DNA of 64,000 nucleotides from Syncephalis fuscata S228 (lineage: Eukaryota; Fungi; Zoopagomycota): contig JAHLTZ010000028.1 in the NCBI GenBank assembly GCA_025786725.1, positions 124,001 to 188,000 on the forward strand, in the 5' to 3' direction. Position 1 is the first letter of the stretch; every line of letters starts with the position of its first letter. The notes beneath the pieces are model-generated. The model was not told the DNA's origin. It searched no databases and saw nothing but the letters and a program-made list of their open reading frames with translations. The translations under genes were made by a program, and so were the position numbers. Positions 56,820 to 64,000 of this stretch are shown piece by piece.

Positions 56820-57938
56820 ATGTTATGGGCTAAGCTTGTTTGCCTTGCGTTTGTTATTGCAGGAATGTTTCAATATACGTCTGGACACATGTCTGTCTTC
56901 TCTCCTATTCCCCGTGGTGACAAAAGAAACAAAGAGTACAAAGTTTCGTACTATGGGATTGACGCGGCTATCTACGGTGGCAAATTTAATGGCAAATACC
57001 CGTGCCGCTATCAAGAGAAAGGTCCCGTTACTGGCAAGTATACTGCCGGCAAGAACTTTACCGTCGAGTTTATGCAAGGTAGTCCACACATGGGCGGCCA
57101 CTGCCAATTTGCCTTGTCCTATGACAACGGCGAGACATGGGTGGTGCTAAGAACTGTCATAACTATGTGCTTCCAAGGAAAAGCACCTTATATTTACAAT
57201 GTGTTTCTTCCCAAGGGCGCGCTTGGTGGCAATGCACTATTTGGATGGACTTATATTCCATCAGGCGGCAGAAAAGAATTTTATATGACCTGTTCCGACA
57301 TTGAAATCGAAGGCGGAGCTAACGATGGTAGTATTACTGGTCCTGAAATGCTTCTCGCTCGTATGCCAAACACAATTCAATGGCCAAGCTGGCAGCATAA
57401 GGATGGTACAAAAGACGGGCGAGAGCACTTTAACGATCGAAAGGTTATTACCATTCCGTCCAACGCCACATCAACGACAGAAGGCACAGTTGTGGGAGAA
57501 GCATGTGGCGGCAAGCCAGGTGCTATTGTACCGCCAATGCAAATCCCATGGGACACGTTTATTGCAAGCAAATACGAGGATAACAATGGTGCAAGATCAA
57601 TTAAGCAAACAAATTTAGGCGTGACCGGCAAAAACCTTACTTCATTTTTCATTGCAACCTCGGATGATTATCGCGGCGGAACTGGTGATGCTACGCAAAG
57701 ATCACCAACTCTTGAGGGTGGCTTACCTTACAGCTCAAGTGGCTCCAAATCAGAAAAATCTCCCAGCGGTGATAAAACGACAAGTACTATGAAGAAAGAT
57801 GACACTAGCGATACTACTACTGAAACTGATAGTACTAGTGATACGACTGAAACTGACAGCGAAGAAAAATCAAAGAAAAAGTCCAAAAGCAGCAATAAGA
57901 CATCAAAGAAGGATACTGGTGCTAATGAAGAGGAATAA
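56820..57938 (+). CDS. AA11-like LPMO, paralog 2
   Basis: Intact ORF; His1 (HMSVFSPIPRG), HMGGHCQF, EFYMTCSDI; Ser/Thr/Lys/Asp-rich tail. Confidence 0.88.
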   Translation: MLWAKLVCLAFVIAGMFQYTSGHMSVFSPIPRGDKRNKEYKVSYYGIDAAIYGGKFNGKYPCRYQEKGPVTGKYTAGKNFTVEFMQGSPHMGGHCQFALSYDNGETWVVLRTVITMCFQGKAPYIYNVFLPKGALGGNALFGWTYIPSGGRKEFYMTCSDIEIEGGANDGSITGPEMLLARMPNTIQWPSWQHKDGTKDGREHFNDRKVITIPSNATSTTEGTVVGEACGGKPGAIVPPMQIPWDTFIASKYEDNNGARSIKQTNLGVTGKNLTSFFIATSDDYRGGTGDATQRSPTLEGGLPYSSSGSKSEKSPSGDKTTSTMKKDDTSDTTTETDSTSDTTETDSEEKSKKKSKSSNKTSKKDTGANEEE

Positions 57939-59049
57939 TAACAATAAATAGTTAATTGTTCAAACATATTACTAGTTTAGATAGTATTTCATATTGTTTT
58001 ACAATGGTAAATTTTATTTTATTTTATGTATTAGGTGCTATTGTGTTTTGCCTTCTATATATTTTATTTACCCGTTTCACTCTTTTTTCTTAATACCTTT
58101 AAATATAATTAAACATATATTCATCACTATTTTATGTATAATATTTGTAACGAAATCTATTTGTTACGGAAAAGAATTGTATAATTTTATAAGAATATGC
58201 AATTGTTTTCCCACGACACCTAAATTTAATCTCCGCAAAGTCTATATATTGTTGCACATTTTAAATCTAATAAAAGTTATCTTTATTCCATTATACCTTG
58301 TTTTACAGTTGTTACAATATTACATCCAACATTAGCCAATTCATGTATAATCATTGGTACAATAATGTGATTAATTAGTTATCTTTATTATTGCTTTAAT
58401 ATATATATATATTCTTCATTTAGTCAGATTGGCTATAGAAGAAGTGGCTGTTTAATAAACGACATTTATACCAATTAGATTAATTTTGATCTTACATCAC
58501 AAATATGCCCAACATGCAATAGTAGAATATTAGAAAATAGAAAAGATTATTCAGATGCAATAATCCATGCTGTACATAGATGCAATAACAACAAATGTGG
58601 AATGACATGGAATTACAATCATATAGCTTCTATTAATATTTGATCAATTTTTCTACACATGGCCAACAATAATAATCAACCTCAAATATCTCAATGAAAT
58701 CAAATAGTATGTTACATTGTTTATTTAAATCAATTTATTAACAACATTTTAATAGAAAGTAACATATTTTTTATTATATATATTACTAATGTTGTTTTCA
58801 TTTAAATAAAAAACAATTATATAGCATAGTATTTTTTTACAAATAATTGCTACTTTTTATTGAGTATCGTACCATTATTTATTTTAAATTATAAAGAAAA
58901 AAATTAAATAAAAATACACAATGTCTATTTGTAATAATCCAAGTATAATTTTGTTAATTTCTGGCTATTTATTGCATATAACAAGTATGCTACAAGCCAC
59001 TGTAACACTAACAGGATGATTAATACTCAAAAACTTATGCAACTAATAT

Positions 59050-60361
59050 TCATATAGTATAAGCACCATTTGGATCAATGACACATTCTGCAACCGTAAC
59101 TGGATGAACACCAGCTACTGTTATAGTATCTATAACACTATTGGTTATACGTATACTTTCTGGTACAGTATCATGCTGTAGTTGAATGGCACCATTTTCC
59201 AATCCCGGGCCAAGCTCTCCCTTGATACCCAATTGCTCATTTGCAGTTTCTAGATTAACTGTTCCAGCTGCCACAGCTAGGCCAAATGAACTACCTGTAA
59301 CGTATCCTCACCCGTATGTCCTGCCTCGAAATCTTTGGTATCGACGTTCCAAAGAGTGGCTATCAGTCCAAGCTCGCGGCACACATCTAGTACAAATCCG
59401 CCGCATTCACCATAAGGACAGCGGAAATAACGAGGCTTCACACCAATGATTCCCTGAACCATGTCTAGATTTCCTTTAATTTCTGCATAAACTTGGTCCC
59501 GAGTAAGATCAGCTAGATGTGCGTGTGTTTGAGAGTGCAATGCAATCTGATGTCCTTCTCTATAAGCACGTCGCAATGTCTCAACTCTTCCCGGGCCCAT
59601 TAGAGCTAGCTTTATTCGTAAGTATATAGAAATGAATACATATTTACAACTTACAATCGCCAACAACAAAAAATGTTGCCTTTACATTACGGGCAGCTAA
59701 GGCATCAAGTAAGGTGTTTGTCATGTCACTAGGTCCATCGTCAAATGTTAACGCCCACAATCCTGGTTTTCTACATCCTTCAATAATTTCACCAGGTTGA
59801 AGGGTGACATTAGCCGGCGGATCGACTTGTAATTCAACTGAATCATCAATTTCATCAGTATTGTCAGACACGTCACTTAGCAATCCAAATGACTTTCTAA
59901 ATACAAAAGTTGGATAATAGATGTTGGCGATGCTGTGCCATAATCTAGTTGAGAATTGATTTTTGTTGTGGTGGTTTTGCTTGGATAAACTGCTGCATCT
60001 TTTGTTGGAGTAATGGCCTGCAATGACGAATTTTGAAATGGTGTACTGGATTTTAATTTATTAAAATGTTTTTGAATATATTTATTTGCTTCATTAGAAA
60101 TTAAATTTAAATTCTGTGCAGAAATCAAGTTTGAAAAGCCAAAGCTAATTGGCATTTGAGGCGCCGGGAGCGAGTGAATCGTTTCTGTGAGTAACACTCG
60201 GCTCTGGGCGCTATCTTGGTGTACATCTGGTACAATTTCTGTGTTTTGAAAAGTTGGTAAATAAGGGGATGGAACCACAGCGCCACTCGTTATTGAAGTA
60301 GTAGCAGCAGCCATGAGAAGCAGCGAGGCAGCCGCTATCTTTTCTACTACCCTTTCGGCAT
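59050..60361 (-). CDS. CE4 chitin deacetylase with long N-terminal Ser/Thr/Pro-rich extension
   Basis: Signal-like IAAASLLLMAAA; WALTFDDGP, HSQTHAHL, RCPYGE, DTKDF, LQHD; 2 introns plus frameshifts. Confidence 0.85.
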
Positions 60362-61578
60362 GGCAGTATATATATAAAATAATAGTACAAAAGTATTTGA
60401 ATAGGACAGTTGGCCAATTATTCACGCCCTTGGTCATACGTCTGGCGCAATGGTGTGTTATTATAGCATTTTAACGGCCTTGAATTATCGTCACCAAGGG
60501 GCTGTGTTATGTACTAAATATCCAAGTGACACAATGAATACACAGTTTACTTGGTGACTACGTGTACATGTAAAGCTTTCTTTTGTTTACACTTAAGCTC
60601 GCATATAGAAGCACGAGTATAGCTTGTTTAATAAACAAAAATGCCTATAATAAATGCTACTAAAATTTTATTCTACTGAATTGAAGCGCAACGTTATTTT
60701 GTGTATCTAATAATAATAACAGTTTATTACGCTCTGCTCAAATAATGTATAAGCAATTTCATTTTTCTATTTTAACGTTGGCCACTAATGGACATCGACG
60801 TTGTCGTCAACAAGTATGCAAAATGCTGTCACATGCTTGCCAGTATCTAATGACGACAAAATCATAAAGTAAGCATAATGTAATACATGAAGCTAAAGGC
60901 TTTGAGAATGGATTGCTGTTTTTTGACAGTGCTCATGCGTGTAAGCAAACCAAAAAACAACCATTGTCATGCTTCACTATAAATTGAGTGGCAATCGTAA
61001 GCTCAACGCAATTTTTCCAGCTTGTTTACACGTCACTATTTCTTCATTCGATTGTAGCTTTGATTAAATTTCTTACACACGAATTTATTTAGTAAGCATC
61101 GTGTTGCTCGTACGTCCGTTCTATCTATCGCTGGCTTCTATGGTCAACCTCGCTATTGCTGGCTGGTCATCGACTGATTTGGGCGTAGAAGGTCGGCCTA
61201 CTGGTAAGCTACAATACTGCGCGTTTAAACGTTCTAACTTTGATTAATGCCAATAAAAAGAATCAGCAACGCAAGACGGCGTAAGAGTCAATAGTGTCTC
61301 AACACGGGAAGGAGTTCGTGTTAACTAAGGTTTTGTACTCGCTGGTGTAAAAACAAAGAAGCCAGCACTAGCGCTATACCACTTGGCTTTTGGATAATAG
61401 TTTCAATTAGTCTTGTGGCATATGGACACACACAGAATATCATGGTTGTTTCCAGCTGCTTGAATCAACACAGATATTGTAAATAAACAATCTTTAACAA
61501 CAATTGTATTCAATTAGAATTTTTCTAGCCCCATTATTTATTAATGATGCTATGTAATAGGCTAATTTGCTAGTTGAA

Positions 61579-62700
61579 CTATTGTTGTTGACGAGCATAG
61601 TGTGCCGCTACCGCTTCTTGCACTCTACGTTCCATTTCGTAGGCAGCTGTTAAATAACGTTTACGTTGCTTACGCATGTAATTGTACATTCCCCACAGGC
61701 CTAGTTGTGCAAATTATTTGCAATTAATCAGCCGTTGATTTTTTTTAATTAGCATCCACCTACCAAATGGATAATACATCAGTATGGCAATGGCCGCCAC
61801 ATAAGATACAAATCCATAGTCGGCCTTGATATAGTTGAGGCCAGTATAGATTTGCATTGCTTCGCCAAAAGCACCAATAGGATATAGTACATAAAATAGC
61901 GAATAGCTAATATCACATCAATGCTTATCAACAAGGTGTGCTTTATTCATCGTCTAGCACTTACCGACACCAAGTAAGCGTCAAAGGCGGGCCGGCATCA
62001 GTAGCATTGAATATATAGTAGAAATATCTTACTATCTCGGAGATGGACCATGTAATGGCCATCATCGTATAGGACCAATGTTGTTGCACCTCAGCCGCGC
62101 CCAAATTACGACTGATCAACATTACAACCAAAAAACGCACCAGTGTTTGCATAGCTGTAGTGGCCACGCCTGCCTTTACCAATCCTAAATAAAATTAGTT
62201 GTTAACCAAGCCATTTGTCTATACTATTGTCTTGTTTACCAAATCCTGCATGAGCAATCTGTGAATACACAAACCAACAATAAAGCACCACGATTAGCAG
62301 TTAATAGCAGTAACCTATAGCGCTATTTACCTCTAAACAGGCAGTAAGAGTAAGAAGCTGAACCCAGCTACTAATGACACTATAAGATGTCCATATGGCT
62401 TCTCAAGCCCGGCCGATTGCACATAGCCGCAAAACACGCCAAAAACAAACAGCCAACCAAACACGAAAGACCGTTGTAGCCGACCAAATATATACGAGCT
62501 GTATAACAAAAGGTTTGTATTATAGATTCATTTATGAGCTAGCAACTTAGACACTTTGGCTTACCAGTGTTGCTATTAAACCAGGAACTAAAAGGATTCT
62601 TTTTGAAGTTGGGAACAGGACGTTCCTCGTTCATTAGAGCCGATATAACATCAGACTTGGAGGTCGGTGCCGGTGTTTGTTGGGTTTTCCGTTGTGACAT
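61579..62700 (-). CDS. PHS1: Very-long-chain 3-hydroxyacyl-CoA dehydratase (PTPLA/HACD)
   Basis: LEIAHAGFG|LVK, WSISEIVRYFYY, LTWCR|YSLFYVLYPIGAFGE, YYPFG|LWGMYNYMRKQRKRYL. Confidence 0.9.
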
Positions 62701-63008
62701 GGTGAATAGAAAGTATAGGCGATGTACAAACAAGCACACAGATACGCTATAGTAGCTATAACTACGTATATAACTAATACATGGATAGACGTCATTTTTT
62801 GATCACGTGAGCATCTTGCTCAGTATTGCGCAAATAAGCAGCAAGATCCAGCTTGTAATCTTTGCACTACATATTACTTATTGCATAATTAGTACTAGCT
62901 AATATTGATGCTGTTATTTAATGATTACTATTTAGTAGTTTAAAATAAAATACTATCATTATTGGTTATAATATTTTTGATTTTAAAGTTGATAAACTCC
63001 AAGAAATA

Positions 63009-64000
63009 TTAGCTTCTTTGAAACCGATCCGGTATAATACCACTCAATGTAGACTACCAAGAATATGTTTAATTCAAAGCAGCAGCCAAGTCACGATTCC
63101 ACAATTTTGCGCCGATAAAAGTTTCATAAGTTTTTTTACAATCTTGGTTTGCGCAGCTACAAGCAATTTAGATGCAAGAATAAAATATTTATTTTGTGTT
63201 CAGTCTATAAATTATAGTATCATAGAAGCCCATGACACTTTACTTTTGGATTATTGCAACGCTGATACGACGTGGATTATCGACTATTTTAAATGTTTCT
63301 AAACTTTGAGATTGACAAGTAGGACAGGTCTTAGAGCTGTTGTATTTATCAGTTAAAAGCACATTAAAACACTCTTTTGAAGCATACGCTTAAGCCAGCA
63401 CCTCAAATAGGTTTTTGAAAATTTACATGACTTGTAGACCAGCTACCAAATACCAAGTAGCATTACTATCAAACTTTGATTTAAACTTATTGACAAGCTT
63501 TTGGTCAGCTTGCTGTCGTTAATGTACAAAAATAGTTTTAGTTTTTTGAACAGCTAGTTTTGTTGATAGGATCTATATTTGTTTGATAAGTGTAATATGG
63601 TGCAAGATATTGGCTGGCAACAGCACAGACGGCAAGATATTCTTCAAAATTAGATAAATTAACAGATCTGGTTTGACATTAAGACAATAATATTTTTTCT
63701 TTGAACATCGGGATAGTTTGCCTTCAATTCCAATCTGATTCTGCAATACTTCTTGTCCCCCGGTAGCAAAATGCCTTTGATTTGAAGTATCTCTGTAGGT
63801 CATTGGGTCTTGAATGGTGCCGGATTCGTGCATCCAATACATCAAGTCTCTTCTTTCGGTATCAATTAATAAACACTTGTTAGCAGTTAATTTTATATTA
63901 TTTCTGTCAATGTCGTTAATATACTGATATCATATCTATCTTTTTTGAATTTCTTTTTGGATTATAGCCTGGTTTGAATCTGTCTTTGGTGCTCTTGTTC
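63009..64000 (-). mobile_element. Decayed Fanzor (eukaryotic TnpB-family RuvC nuclease) gene, transposon relic; 5' part outside the window
   Basis: Hand translation across frameshifts: KCLLIDTERRDLMYWMHES (RuvC-I), FKKLKL..YINRQQAD..L, VFGSWS, PI*G.GLKRML, LTDKYNSSKTCPTC (RuvC-II + Zn), NPR, KCHGLL[intron]CANQDC, WNRDLAAALN (RuvC-III), IPDRFQRS*. Confidence 0.85.

Noticed and set aside
61301-61322. Small hairpin AACACG...CGTGTT in a GC-richer intergenic patch
   Set aside because: A 6-bp stem is expected by chance; no snRNA/snoRNA signature could be supported.

Overview
Gene-dense, AT-rich eukaryotic DNA with short GT-AG introns (about 45-100 bp). Gene content and style fit an early-diverging fungus, most like a Zoopagomycota mycoparasite such as Syncephalis (inference). 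Housekeeping genes: TUM1/MPST, SPE3, ZPR1, GPATCH11-like, MAP1, CWC2, USP12/46, ALG14, cyclophilin B and PHS1. Also present are a head-to-head propionyl-CoA carboxylase alpha/beta pair, four CE4 chitin deacetylases, two AA11-type LPMOs, two 7TM-RGS fusion genes, a PB1-like+GCR1_C regulator, an SVWC-like secreted Cys peptide and a 5'-truncated ADE4 relic. Two long fold-back inverted duplications (about 2.3 kb and 0.73 kb arms) may be amplification chimeras. The most notable feature, largely missed by the ORF track, is a decayed, intron-containing Fanzor (eukaryotic TnpB-family RNA-guided nuclease) gene on the minus strand at 63009 to beyond 64000. Many conserved genes carry single-base deletions, often in homopolymers, most likely consensus errors. 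Gene boundaries were therefore reconstructed by hand and are approximate.
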